Origin: Gemmata obscuriglobus
Lineage (GTDB): Bacteria > Planctomycetota > Planctomycetia > Gemmatales > Gemmataceae
Assembly: GCF_008065095.1 (NCBI RefSeq)
Contig: NZ_CP042911.1
Span: 4,380,001-4,412,000 of the forward strand
DNA: 32,000 nt
Direction of reading: 5' to 3'
How positions within the stretch are numbered: the stretch's first letter is position 1; each line of letters opens with the position of its first letter. This document shows positions 1 to 7,879 of the stretch, piece after piece. Under the pieces are notes generated by a model. The model worked only from the letters and a program-made list of their open reading frames with translations. It was not told the origin of the DNA and made no database searches. A program made the translations under genes and the position numbers.

Positions 1-441
1 AGGCAGCCCGCCCTGATGCCGGATGAACGCCAGTCCCGTGGGATCGTAGTACCCCGGCGCGTGGACGCTCACGCTGTCGAACGTGAAGCCCTGGTCGCCG
101 TCCTCGTCCGACACGCAACTCCGCCACAGGCCCATGCGCAGATCGGGGAAGTAGTACGAGTGCCGCCCTGGCCGGTACACTTCTGGCGCCAACCCGAGCC
201 GCTCGGCGATCTCGGCGATGACCTCGTCGGCCCCGGCCTCGAACAGGTCGATGCCCTCGAACGATCCCCAGTGCTTGGGCGATTCGACGAACGCCACCAC
301 CGGTGGATCACCGCGGAAATCCACCCGGATGTCGCGATCCTGGTCGAGCAGGGGTTGTACTTCCGCGCGGGTCATGCCCAGCCGCACCATGCCGGCGAGC
401 GACCGGATGCCGATGTGCGGGACCACCTCATCCGCTGCCAT
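1..441 (-). CDS. hypothetical cassette protein (start in window, 3' end beyond window edge)
   Basis: ATG at 441 lies 14 nt after the attC core and is preceded by AGAGGG. I translated it by hand and the frame is open for all 147 codons down to position 1 (MAADEVVPHIGIRSLAGMVRLGMTRAEV...). It is absent from the ORF track because it has no stop in the window. GC3 is high. Confidence 0.7.
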   Translation of the reverse strand, partial: MAADEVVPHIGIRSLAGMVRLGMTRAEVQPLLDQDRDIRVDFRGDPPVVAFVESPKHWGSFEGIDLFEAGADEVIAEIAERLGLAPEVYRPGRHSYYFPDLRMGLWRSCVSDEDGDQGFTFDSVSVHAPGYYDPTGLAFIRHQGGLP

Positions 442-455
442 CAGCGCCCTCTGTT

Positions 456-546
456 GCCGAACATACAGCTCACCTGCACCGCCATCACCGGATGAGCGGT
501 GCGTTCCGAATCAGATGGCGGTGTCAGGTGCAGCGCCGGGTTCGGC
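456..546 (-). repeat. attC: attC recombination site (91 bp)
   Basis: GCCGAAC, 5-nt unpaired spacer, AGCTCACCTGCACCGCC, 33-nt loop, GGCGGTG(T)CAGGTG(C)AGC, GCCGG, GTTCGGC. Two bulged bases sit on the plus-strand 3' arm. The layout matches attC R''/L''/L'/R'. Confidence 0.85.
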
Positions 547-634
547 TCGCCTTGCTCGGGACTGAATCGGCCGCGCCCCGTCAGCAGAGCCGCCAAATGA
601 GGCAAGCGACACCGCCGGTCAACGTTACGCCGGG

Positions 635-1045
635 TTAGGACTCTGCTTGGCTCCACTCAGCCAGCGCCGCCCCGGCACGCCGCAACTCCGCCCGCACGAC
701 GCTCAGCGTGGCGTCCGTTTGCCAGCAGCAGGCGTCGTCGGAGGTCGAGCCCATGTACACGCCGAGCAGCACCCGGCCGTCGTCCCCGGCCTCGGCCCGT
801 AGGGTAAAGTCCTCCCCGCTCGCCGTCCACTGCCGCTCGCGGCCGGCGGCGACACCCGCCGCCGATATGAGGAAGTCGCCGAGCTGTCCCATCCCAGGGA
901 AGGCGGGCTCGGCGTCGGGATCAACGGACACGGCGGCCTCGAACGCCGTTCCGCGGAGCCACGCCACCAGTACGCCCGGCAGGTCTGGGTCGGGCGACAG
1001 CGACAGCGACATACCCGCCGCCTCAGCGATAGTGACGACCGCCAC
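635..1045 (-). CDS. hypothetical cassette protein
   Basis: ORF track gives 635..1051. A GGAGG SD is followed 5 nt later by GTG at 1045, whereas the GTG at 1051 overlaps the SD. Acidic protein with no recognisable domain. Confidence 0.6.
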   Translation of the reverse strand: MAVVTIAEAAGMSLSLSPDPDLPGVLVAWLRGTAFEAAVSVDPDAEPAFPGMGQLGDFLISAAGVAAGRERQWTASGEDFTLRAEAGDDGRVLLGVYMGSTSDDACCWQTDATLSVVRAELRRAGAALAEWSQAES

Positions 1046-1068
1046 GAGCACCTCCGGGTGCCTTTGGT

Positions 1069-1159
1069 GCCGAACGAACAGCTCACCTGCACCGCCACAT
1101 CCCGAGCAGCGATGCGTCCCGAATCAGCCGGCGGTGTCAGGTGCAGTGCCGGGTTCGGC
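1069..1159 (-). repeat. attC: attC recombination site (91 bp)
   Basis: Same architecture as 456-546. Confidence 0.85.
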
Positions 1160-1170
1160 GTGTCCCACAG

Positions 1171-2106
1171 TTATTCTGTGCGGAAGGGCCTACCAGCCTC
1201 GTAGAGTTTCAATCGCGCCTGCATGGCCTTCCGTTGTTCATCCGCCTTGGGGCCGAGCAACTCGATCGCTTTCTTTTGCGACTTGATTGCCTCATCGAAC
1301 TGACCAGCCTCCGCGTAGGCGGCCGCCACCGTATCAAGGCACTCCGGTCGCTTTCCTCCGGATTTCTCATTCGACTTACTGGCGTATTCCAACGCCTTCC
1401 TGCCGTCGCGGAACTTGGGGTCGGGGCACGTTGCCAGCTGCCACGCCCAACTGTTGAGGAGGTTGGGATAGTCGGGATCACGCGTCAGCGCCTTCGCGAA
1501 GTCGGCCTGGGCATTGGCAAAGTCTTTCAGCGCGTGGCGCGCTTGGCCCCGCCGGTAATGCACCATTTCCATCTCCGGGTCGAGCCGCAGAGCCTCGGTG
1601 TAATCGGCCACGGCCTTAATGCTGTCCTGCTTGTACCACTGGTAGGCGCGGCCCCGGTAATGATGTGTGTGCGCCAGACACTTGTCTTTGCCGTCTCCGT
1701 TCCTGGAGAAATCGGTGCCGCCTTCGATCACCTTGGTGTAGTCAGCGATGGCCTTGTCGTACTCGCGCAGGGACTCATAGGCGAGGGCGCGATTGAACCG
1801 AGCACTGAAGCCCTTGGGATCGATCACCAGGATCTTCGTCAAGTCGGCCACCGCCTTCGCATACTCTCGCTTGTCGAGAGCGGGATGGCCGGCGTAGAGC
1901 GAACTGCGGCTGAAGTAGGCTTCCACGAACTGGGGGTCGAGTTCGATGGCCTTTGAGTAATCGGTAATGGCTTCGGTGTAGCGCCTGTTCTGCTCGTGGG
2001 CAAGAGCGCGCTCGTAGTAGCCTCGCGCTGTGGCGGGCTCGTCCGCACGGCCCCCGATCGCCAGCAGGCAGAGCGAGGTTACGGAAAGCAGACCGGATGT
2101 GCGCAT
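1171..2106 (-). CDS. TPR-repeat protein with N-terminal signal peptide
   Basis: 311 aa with repeated TPR-type motifs (AITDYSKAIELDP, AIADYTKVIE, AVADYTEALRLDP, AQADFAKALTRDP) and a hydrophobic N-terminus. ATG lies 19 nt after the attC core and the stop 11 nt before the next attC. Confidence 0.85.
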   Translation of the reverse strand: MRTSGLLSVTSLCLLAIGGRADEPATARGYYERALAHEQNRRYTEAITDYSKAIELDPQFVEAYFSRSSLYAGHPALDKREYAKAVADLTKILVIDPKGFSARFNRALAYESLREYDKAIADYTKVIEGGTDFSRNGDGKDKCLAHTHHYRGRAYQWYKQDSIKAVADYTEALRLDPEMEMVHYRRGQARHALKDFANAQADFAKALTRDPDYPNLLNSWAWQLATCPDPKFRDGRKALEYASKSNEKSGGKRPECLDTVAAAYAEAGQFDEAIKSQKKAIELLGPKADEQRKAMQARLKLYEAGRPFRTE

Positions 2107-2125
2107 GGGAATGCCCTCAGAAGAC

Positions 2126-2216
2126 GCCGAACATAAAGCTCACCTGCACCGCGGCGTCCCGAGCAGCAGTGCGTTCCAAGTCAGACGGCGGTGTCAGGTG
2201 CAGCGCCGGGTTCGGC
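2126..2216 (-). repeat. attC: attC recombination site (91 bp)
   Basis: Same architecture. Confidence 0.85.
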
Positions 2217-2227
2217 GCCTGCGGCAC

Positions 2228-2749
2228 TCACCAGAACCGCCACCAGCGTCGACGCGGGGCCGACCCAACGGCGGCCTCGAAGTCGGCCTCTAGCACCTTC
2301 ACCAACCCGGGACGGCCGGCGGCTCCGATCGCATCCAGGGCGAACCCGAGCGCCTCCCGGGCCGGCCGTGCCGACTCACCCGCCGCGGCTTCCGCCGCCT
2401 TCGCCGCGTGCTCCGCCACCTTCGCGGCGAACGACGCGACCAGCGCCGCCTCGGGGCCGGCCGGGCCGGGGTCGTGCTCCGCCTCGTCGGGCTCCAGCGG
2501 CACCGGGTAGTGGTACGGGATCAGCGCCCGACCGGCCGCCGCAAGGGCATCAATGTACGCCGCCCGCAGCCCGCCGCACGCCTGCCGCTCGGCCGCGGAC
2601 TGCTCGGCCAGCGCGATGGCCCGGTCGACAGCTGCGACTCGGGTTGGGGCGGCATCCGGCCACGCCTCGGCGAACAGCGGCTGAACGCGGCGGGCGCACC
2701 GCACGGCAAAGGCCACCCGCAACCAGTGTGGCAGCCGTTCTGGGTCCAC
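2228..2749 (-). CDS. hypothetical alpha-helical cassette protein
   Basis: Track ORF 2228..3346 reads through attC 2768-2858. The likely real start is GTG 2749, after a GGAGGGGGG SD just downstream of the core. Ala/Arg-rich helical protein (DPERLPHWLRVAFAVRCARRVQPLF...). Confidence 0.6.
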   Translation of the reverse strand: MDPERLPHWLRVAFAVRCARRVQPLFAEAWPDAAPTRVAAVDRAIALAEQSAAERQACGGLRAAYIDALAAAGRALIPYHYPVPLEPDEAEHDPGPAGPEAALVASFAAKVAEHAAKAAEAAAGESARPAREALGFALDAIGAAGRPGLVKVLEADFEAAVGSAPRRRWWRFW

Positions 2750-2767
2750 CTCTATCCCCCCTCCGTC

Positions 2768-2858
2768 GCCGAACGAACAGCTCACCTGCACCGCCACCAC
2801 CAGATGAGCGGTGCGTTCCAAGTCAGCGGGCGGTGTCAGGTGCAGCGCCGGGTTCGGC
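2768..2858 (-). repeat. attC: attC recombination site (91 bp)
   Basis: Same architecture. Confidence 0.85.
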
Positions 2859-2864
2859 TCGATG

Positions 2865-3557
2865 CTACTCCTTGCCGAGTACCAAGTCCACCACCCAGCA
2901 GCCGCGAACGTGCGGGCCGGGGCCGCGGCAGTGGTCGAGGATGTCGTCGGAGTCACAGCCCGCGTCTTGAAGCGCGTCAGCGAGAATCGGCATGGTGCAG
3001 AACTCACGCGACTCGTACATCTGCCGAGCGAACGCCAACACCTTCTGTGTGCGCCATTCGGGATCGAGGTCGACGGGGTGGAATGGGTTGCCCAGAACTT
3101 CGCGGAGGATAGTTGCCCCGACCGCGTTGGCTTGCCTCCGGTAACACCGTCCCGCCTCAGTTTGCGCCTCGTCCTCATCATCGTCTTGGGTGGGGTGTAA
3201 CTCCCACCATTGATCCGCGAGTCGGTCTTGCATGAACGAAACCACCCTTGCGACAGTTTCCGAGCCGTACCTGCCATGATCGGGTGGCCAGCAGACCTCG
3301 AACGGGAACGTGCCTGGGATTTCATCGGCCTTGTCGGCGTACGCACGCACCTGAACGGCGAAGCTCGGATCGTCGGCGAAGGCTTCCGCGAGATCGAGAA
3401 GCCGAGATTCTTGGTCGCTGAAGGTGCCGCTGCGAATCAACCGGTAGATGCCACACCCAGCCAAGCGGTACTTGCGAGACGAGTATTTCCCGGTCTCCCA
3501 CAGGTAGTTCTTCATCGGCCAAATGTCATCCGCGGACAACCACTCCGCTTCGGTCAC
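2865..3557 (-). CDS. hypothetical protein of a planctomycete/myxobacterial paralogous family (C-terminal ...LADALQDAGC..HCRGPGPHVRGCWVVDLVLGKE motif)
   Basis: Track ORF 2865..3623 reads through the attC. AGGAGG plus 6 nt plus GTG at 3557. The C-terminal motif is one I recognise from memory as common in Gemmata-like proteomes. Confidence 0.7.
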   Translation of the reverse strand: MTEAEWLSADDIWPMKNYLWETGKYSSRKYRLAGCGIYRLIRSGTFSDQESRLLDLAEAFADDPSFAVQVRAYADKADEIPGTFPFEVCWPPDHGRYGSETVARVVSFMQDRLADQWWELHPTQDDDEDEAQTEAGRCYRRQANAVGATILREVLGNPFHPVDLDPEWRTQKVLAFARQMYESREFCTMPILADALQDAGCDSDDILDHCRGPGPHVRGCWVVDLVLGKE

Positions 3558-3572
3558 AGTGCGCCTCCTGCG

Positions 3573-3664
3573 GCCGAACATAAAGCTCACCTGCACCGCC
3601 CCCTGCCAAGGGAGCGATGCCATCCAAGCTACATGGCGGTGTCAGGTGCAGCGCCGGGTTCGGC
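3573..3664 (-). repeat. attC: attC recombination site (92 bp)
   Basis: Canonical arms. The loop CCCTGCCAAGGGAGCGATGCCATCCAAGCTACAT is identical to the site at 9166-9257. Confidence 0.85.
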
Positions 3665-3670
3665 GTGCCT

Positions 3671-4015
3671 TTACTCCGCGCACAGGAAACCCGCGGCCTG
3701 CCACGCCGCAAAGCTCTGGGCTACTGGCTCAAAGCAGTCCGGCGTCATTGCCCCCATGCCGACGCTGTGGACCTGCCCGTCCGCGAGCGACAGCACGAGC
3801 GCGACCCCGCCGCTGTTGTCGCCGATCATCAGGTGCCCTGGGCAGTACGCCCGCGACTCGTGGGTGTCATTCCGCTCCATCACGGCGGTGCGACCGTACA
3901 CCAGCGTCCGCCCATTGGCCGCGAGGAACGACACGGCGGTGCCCGCTAGGAAGGAACGGTACGGCTCCGGCAGCGGTCGCCCGAGCCATGTCTCGACCTC
4001 TTCCAGCGACTGCAC
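3671..4015 (-). CDS. SMI1/KNR4 (SUKH-1) family immunity-like protein, copy 1
   Basis: 114 aa. LEEVETWLGRPLPEPYRSFL ... IGDNSGGVALVL ... is the typical SMI1_KNR4 pattern. GGAGG plus 9 nt plus GTG 4015. The track ORF 3671..4288 is an attC read-through. Confidence 0.8.
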   Translation of the reverse strand: MQSLEEVETWLGRPLPEPYRSFLAGTAVSFLAANGRTLVYGRTAVMERNDTHESRAYCPGHLMIGDNSGGVALVLSLADGQVHSVGMGAMTPDCFEPVAQSFAAWQAAGFLCAE

Positions 4016-4033
4016 GCCCTGCGCCCTCCGGTG

Positions 4034-4124
4034 GCCGAACGAACAGCTCACCTGCACCGCCATCACACGATGAGCGATGCCATCCAAACTACATGGCGGT
4101 GTCAGGTGCAGCGCCGGGTTCGGC
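4034..4124 (-). repeat. attC: attC recombination site (91 bp)
   Basis: Same architecture. Confidence 0.85.
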
Positions 4125-4478
4125 TCGCTCACCACCGCGGTTCGGGGGCGCACACCGAGCGTCGCGGTTCCGCGGAAGCCCGCCCACCACCGCGGCCGAG
4201 CGGAGCAGCACCGACCCCGGGCGCCGTGTCGCCCCACTTCGGAGGCCACCCACCACCGCCACACACAGCGACGAGCCGCGCCGACCACCCACGGGCACTA
4301 CGCGGAGCACCACCGACCCGCAATCACCGTGTCCCCATACCCGGCCACGCCCACCCGCACCTCGCGGCGACGAGCCGCGCCAGCACCGACCGGCACCACG
4401 CGGAGCCCGACGCGCGGGGTTCACCCACGCGGACCACACGCCACCGCCGCCGCACGCGCGCTCCTGCACGCGATGGTT
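4125..4478 (-). repeat. ORF-less cassette, GC-rich tandem-unit family (354 bp, 2 units)
   Basis: Bounded by attC sites and paralogous to 14 other cassettes. It has 98- and 102-nt units starting GCTCCGC (minus sense) with a CGCGGC-N5-GCCGCG hairpin. No conserved reading frame. Confidence 0.8.
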
Positions 4479-4569
4479 GCCGAACGTAAAGCTCACCTGC
4501 ACCGCCATCACACGATGAGCGGTGCGTCCCGAATCAGCCGGCGGTGTCAGGTGCAGCGCCGGGTTCGGC
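4479..4569 (-). repeat. attC: attC recombination site (91 bp)
   Basis: Same architecture. Confidence 0.85.
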
Positions 4570-4926
4570 TCGCTCACGTCCGCGGTTCCGGGGCACACGC
4601 CCCGCGCCGCGCATCTGCGGATGCCCGCGGCACCGATGCGGCCGAGCGGAGCACCACCGACCCCACGCGCCGTGTCGCGGCCCATCGGAGGCCGGCCACC
4701 ACCGCACCTCGCGGCGATGAGCCGCGCCGACCACCGGCGGGCACCACGCGGAGCACCCCCGACCCGAACCGCCGTGTCCCCACCCGCATCCCGGCCACGC
4801 CCAACCGCACCTCGCGGCGACGAGCCGCGCCCGCGCCCACCGGCACTCTGCGGAGCCCGACGCGCGGGGTTCACCCACGCGGACCACACGCACACCGCCG
4901 CACGGGCGCTCCAGCACGCGAGGGTG
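4570..4926 (-). repeat. ORF-less cassette, GC-rich tandem-unit family (357 bp, 2 units)
   Basis: Same family, with two 102-nt units. Confidence 0.8.
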
Positions 4927-5017
4927 GCCGAACGTAAAGCTCACCTGCACCGCCATCACACGATGAGCGGTGCGTCACAACTCAGCGGGCGGTGTCAGGT
5001 GCAGCGCCGGGTTCGGC
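4927..5017 (-). repeat. attC: attC recombination site (91 bp)
   Basis: Same architecture. Confidence 0.85.
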
Positions 5018-5458
5018 CTCTTGGGCCGCCACTCTGCCGGACGCGAGTAGTTGCCGGAGAGCATGGCAACCGCTCATGGTCGCCTCGCGAAGCTCGACGG
5101 CGAACCCATCGAGTGTGGTCGCCGACCGTACCGGCAGCCCGAGTTGATCGGGGAGATACGATTCGGCATCCCATACAGCACCACGAACGACTTGGCTGGC
5201 TGCGCCCGTCTGGATCTTCCACTGATCTTCAGACCAGTCCACCGTTAGCCGGAGATTGTAGCGGCGGCAGACGGCAGTATCGACCTCGACCCCGATCTCT
5301 AAATACCGCCAGGCGTGCATACTGATGCGGATATACGGCTCATGTTGGTCGGCGACGAGGCCACCATCGGCGAGGTCGTTCGCCAACTGCAGGAGCGTGT
5401 GTTGGGCCTGCGTTAACGCACCCAAGAACGCGACGACGTTGCGGCTGCCCTCGTCCAC
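4982..5458 (-). CDS. hypothetical cassette protein
   Basis: 158 aa, GTG 5458 after AGAGG. The last 11 codons (AEPGAAPDTAR) and the stop lie inside attC 4927-5017. Confidence 0.65.
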   Translation of the reverse strand: MDEGSRNVVAFLGALTQAQHTLLQLANDLADGGLVADQHEPYIRISMHAWRYLEIGVEVDTAVCRRYNLRLTVDWSEDQWKIQTGAASQVVRGAVWDAESYLPDQLGLPVRSATTLDGFAVELREATMSGCHALRQLLASGRVAAQEAEPGAAPDTAR

Positions 5459-5475
5459 CGCTTACGCCTCTGGTT

Positions 5476-5566
5476 GCCGAACGAACAGCTCACCTGCACC
5501 GCCATCATACAGTCAGCGATGCGTCCCGGAACAGATGGCGGTGTCAGGTGCAGCGCCGGGTTCGGC
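5476..5566 (-). repeat. attC: attC recombination site (91 bp)
   Basis: Same architecture. Confidence 0.85.
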
Positions 5567-5595
5567 GTGCCTTTGCGACCCACCCCGCCACCGCG

Positions 5596-5979
5596 TCACT
5601 TGTCGGACTTCTTCCCCCGCGACTCCGGCGGGCAGCCGTAGAAGCGGAGCTGAACTGGCGCATCATTCTTTTGGGGATCGGTCGTCACTTCGACGCGCGG
5701 ATACCTCTGATCGGACACCCACCCGATGACCTCAGCCCGTGTAGCCGCTTTACCATTGATGGTGAGCCGGACGCTCTTCAGGTCAGGCACGGTGACGGTC
5801 CTGCCGTCCTTCTCTCCCTCTTGGGGTTCAGCGCGGAGGAGAAATCCGTCTGCACCGGCGTGCTTCCCGCTGGGGACAGTGACGGACTGAACCTCGTAGA
5901 TGACAGCCTTCAAGTCGCTGGCCATGCCCGGCGAGGCGGACAGCGAGAAAACAACGAATGCCAACAGGGGCCGAGGCAT
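5596..5979 (-). CDS. small secreted protein (signal peptide)
   Basis: Track ORF is 5596..6024. I prefer the ATG at 5979 because of GGGAGG 10 nt upstream and the resulting MPRPLLAFVVFSLSASPGMA signal-like N-terminus. Confidence 0.65.
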   Translation of the reverse strand: MPRPLLAFVVFSLSASPGMASDLKAVIYEVQSVTVPSGKHAGADGFLLRAEPQEGEKDGRTVTVPDLKSVRLTINGKAATRAEVIGWVSDQRYPRVEVTTDPQKNDAPVQLRFYGCPPESRGKKSDK

Positions 5980-6040
5980 GGGGATCAACCCTCCCACAAG
6001 GGCTATGCGAAATGGACCATTCACGGCCTCGGCTTCTGCC

Positions 6041-6131
6041 GCCGAACAATAAGCTCACCTGCACCGCCATCACCGGATGAGCGATGCGTCCCGAATCCGC
6101 GGGCGGTGTCAGGTGCAGCGCCGGGTTCGGC
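6041..6131 (-). repeat. attC: attC recombination site (91 bp)
   Basis: Same architecture. Confidence 0.85.
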
Positions 6132-6140
6132 GTGCCTTTG

Positions 6141-6524
6141 CTAGTCACCGAAGCAGATCACGGCTCGGCCAGACTCCTGCGCCCGCGAGGCCGCGCGCTC
6201 CCACGTTGAGAGGAGCCGGAGGAACTCGCCCCGCCCGACCCGCCGGTGCAACACCGGGACGACCGCGGTCTGCACCTCCCACGCCTCGGCCTGCGCCTCC
6301 ACCAATCGGCGGGCGTCGGCCAGCATCCGAGTCAGGGCGGTCAGGTCCGGGCCGGCGAACAGGGCGCAACCGTACAGGTCGATGTACTGGCCTGTCTCGG
6401 CCGCCAGCCGCTCGAATAGCGGGTGCAGGAACCAGTAGTACCCGTCGTCGCCCTCGAACCCCAGCGACGGCTCGTCGGGGTCCGACGCCTGGTACGGAGC
6501 GTCGCCAACACCGATGTCGAGCAT
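6141..6524 (-). CDS. hypothetical cassette protein
   Basis: Track ORF 6141..6587 reads through the attC. ATG 6524 follows GAGGG. MLDIGVGDAPYQASDPDEPSLGFEGDDGYYWFLHPLFERL... Confidence 0.65.
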   Translation of the reverse strand: MLDIGVGDAPYQASDPDEPSLGFEGDDGYYWFLHPLFERLAAETGQYIDLYGCALFAGPDLTALTRMLADARRLVEAQAEAWEVQTAVVPVLHRRVGRGEFLRLLSTWERAASRAQESGRAVICFGD

Positions 6525-6538
6525 CGCGCCCTCGTGTG

Positions 6539-6629
6539 GCCGAACGAACAGCTCACCTGCACCGCCATCAGTGGATGAGCGGTGCATCCCAGATCAGATG
6601 GCGGTGTCAGGTGCAGCGCCGGGTTCGGC
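6539..6629 (-). repeat. attC: attC recombination site (91 bp)
   Basis: Same architecture. Confidence 0.85.
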
Positions 6630-6634
6630 GCGCT

Positions 6635-7084
6635 TTAACCCCACATTACTTTTTCTGGCAGCAAGCCGGGCTGGTTGAAGATGATCCAGAACGAGTGCGC
6701 ATTCATCAGGTCGCCCGTGCCATAACCCACCTCGGCCACGTCACCTTTGAAGTGGACGCATTCCAATTGGAGCTGCTCTCGGAACAATTCCGGGTTGGTG
6801 ATGGACGATCTTAACTCCTCAGCCCATTCTGTCCGCTCCCACCAAGAGTACATCCGATCTACTACGAGTTTCAGCATTGTGGGCTCGTTCTCGCAGATCC
6901 ACGCGACGTGCCCTCGAATCGTTTCGAACTCGACGCCGGACATCGGCACCGCCTGATCGGTGGGGAAGATGTACCCCATCACACGCCGCCCACCAAATGC
7001 CCCGACACGAAATCTCCACCACCGCCATTCCTCATCCCAGAGGACCGGCCCGAGCGTTCCGTCGCGGATCAGGCTATCGTCCAC
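6635..7084 (-). CDS. hypothetical cassette protein (Trp-rich), visibly lower GC than its neighbours
   Basis: 149 aa with a GTG start at 7084 and a stop 5 nt from the attC. Composition is markedly AT-richer than adjacent cassettes. Confidence 0.65.
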   Translation of the reverse strand: MDDSLIRDGTLGPVLWDEEWRWWRFRVGAFGGRRVMGYIFPTDQAVPMSGVEFETIRGHVAWICENEPTMLKLVVDRMYSWWERTEWAEELRSSITNPELFREQLQLECVHFKGDVAEVGYGTGDLMNAHSFWIIFNQPGLLPEKVMWG

Positions 7085-7098
7085 GCTTACCTCGGGCG

Positions 7099-7189
7099 GC
7101 CGAACATACAGCTCACCTGCACCGCCACCATCGAATCAGCGGTGCGTCGCAGTATAGCGGGCGGTGTCAGGTGCAGCGCCGGGTTCGGC
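7099..7189 (-). repeat. attC: attC recombination site (91 bp)
   Basis: Same architecture. Confidence 0.85.
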
Positions 7190-7210
7190 CGGGGCTGAGG
7201 GAGGACTTTC

Positions 7211-7546
7211 ATGGGCCGCGTGTATGCCGTTGACGCCGACTGCTCCCGCGGCGAGATCCAAGTCGATAGGGGCCGTTTGTGGGTGCTGTGCGGCACTTGG
7301 CAACGGGTGCCGATGCCCGTGCGGGTCGAGTTCGACGGCGACACGTCGGTCGGTGGTGCCACGGTGACCGCCTTCTTCAGTCTGTGCGGGGGGCCGGTCG
7401 AGTCCCCCGACGGCGGGGCGGCGAAGGTCCGGTTCCGGGCGGTCGCGTGTTTTCTGCAGGTGACGCCGGAAGACCCGGACCCGCACCCTCACGGCTCACG
7501 CGGGTCCGAGGTCGCGAGCGCCAGTTTCGAGTCGATGAGCTCGTAG
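7211..7546 (+). CDS. hypothetical protein, inverted relative to the array
   Basis: GAGGGAGG SD plus 6 nt plus ATG 7211. GC3 is high across 111 codons. Its 3' end overlaps 7489..7761 convergently by 58 nt. Confidence 0.5.
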   Translation: MGRVYAVDADCSRGEIQVDRGRLWVLCGTWQRVPMPVRVEFDGDTSVGGATVTAFFSLCGGPVESPDGGAAKVRFRAVACFLQVTPEDPDPHPHGSRGSEVASASFESMSS

Positions 7547-7761
7547 CGGCCTTTGGCGAGTCGCCGGGCATGTAGGCCGACGTTTGTGCCCTTGACGGAC
7601 GCGGTGTACTGCCACGCGGCCGGGTCGGCGCTCGGCTCACCGATGTCGAACGCCGCGCCGGGCAGGGCTCGGTTCCGATGCGCCTTGACCGTGTATGTCG
7701 TCCCGTCGCCGCTAACGGCTTCGAACTCGGCCATGAGTTCGCGCGTGAACTGCTGCCCCAT
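7489..7761 (-). CDS. hypothetical cassette protein (90 aa)
   Basis: Track ORF 7489..8007 is an attC read-through. ATG 7761 is preceded by GGGAG. Confidence 0.55.
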   Translation of the reverse strand: MGQQFTRELMAEFEAVSGDGTTYTVKAHRNRALPGAAFDIGEPSADPAAWQYTASVKGTNVGLHARRLAKGRYELIDSKLALATSDPREP

Positions 7762-7782
7762 ATGCGACTCCCGCCCTTCAGT

Positions 7783-7873
7783 GCCGAACGAACAGCTCAC
7801 CTGCACCGCCACCACCGGATGAGCGGTACGTCCCAAATCAGATGGCGGTGTCAGGTGCAGCGCCGGGTTCGGC
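7783..7873 (-). repeat. attC: attC recombination site (91 bp)
   Basis: Same architecture. Confidence 0.85.
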
Positions 7874-7879
7874 TCTGCG

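Noticed and set aside
16-495. Plus-strand ORF 16..495 (159 aa).
   Set aside because: It is antisense to the better-supported partial minus-strand cassette ORF 1..441, runs through the attC, and is not in cassette orientation.
2228-3346. Long track ORFs that span attC sites (2228..3346, 2865..3623, 3671..4288, 6141..6587, 7489..8007, 9726..10730, 11878..12756, 15666..16238, 23391..23861, 25983..26981).
   Set aside because: Their N-terminal parts are translations of the attC arm (recurrent ..AVQVS.SFG..) and of the upstream cassette. Each has an SD-preceded start just after the attC core, which I used instead.
4125-4926. The repeat units could be template and variable repeats of a diversity-generating retroelement.
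   Set aside because: Differences between units are not adenine-specific, there are indels, and no reverse transcriptase or target gene is nearby.
4077-4937. Many 60-400 aa ORFs in all six frames inside the GC-rich repeat cassettes (for example 4077..4937 +, 4089..4895 -, 10462..11571 -, 10519..11718 +, 12177..13247 +, 17699..18445 +, 20256..21488 +).
   Set aside because: The frames are open because of GC content. The peptides are Arg/Pro/Gly/Ala low-complexity. Homologous DNA units fall in different frames, and copies differ by indels that are not multiples of three.
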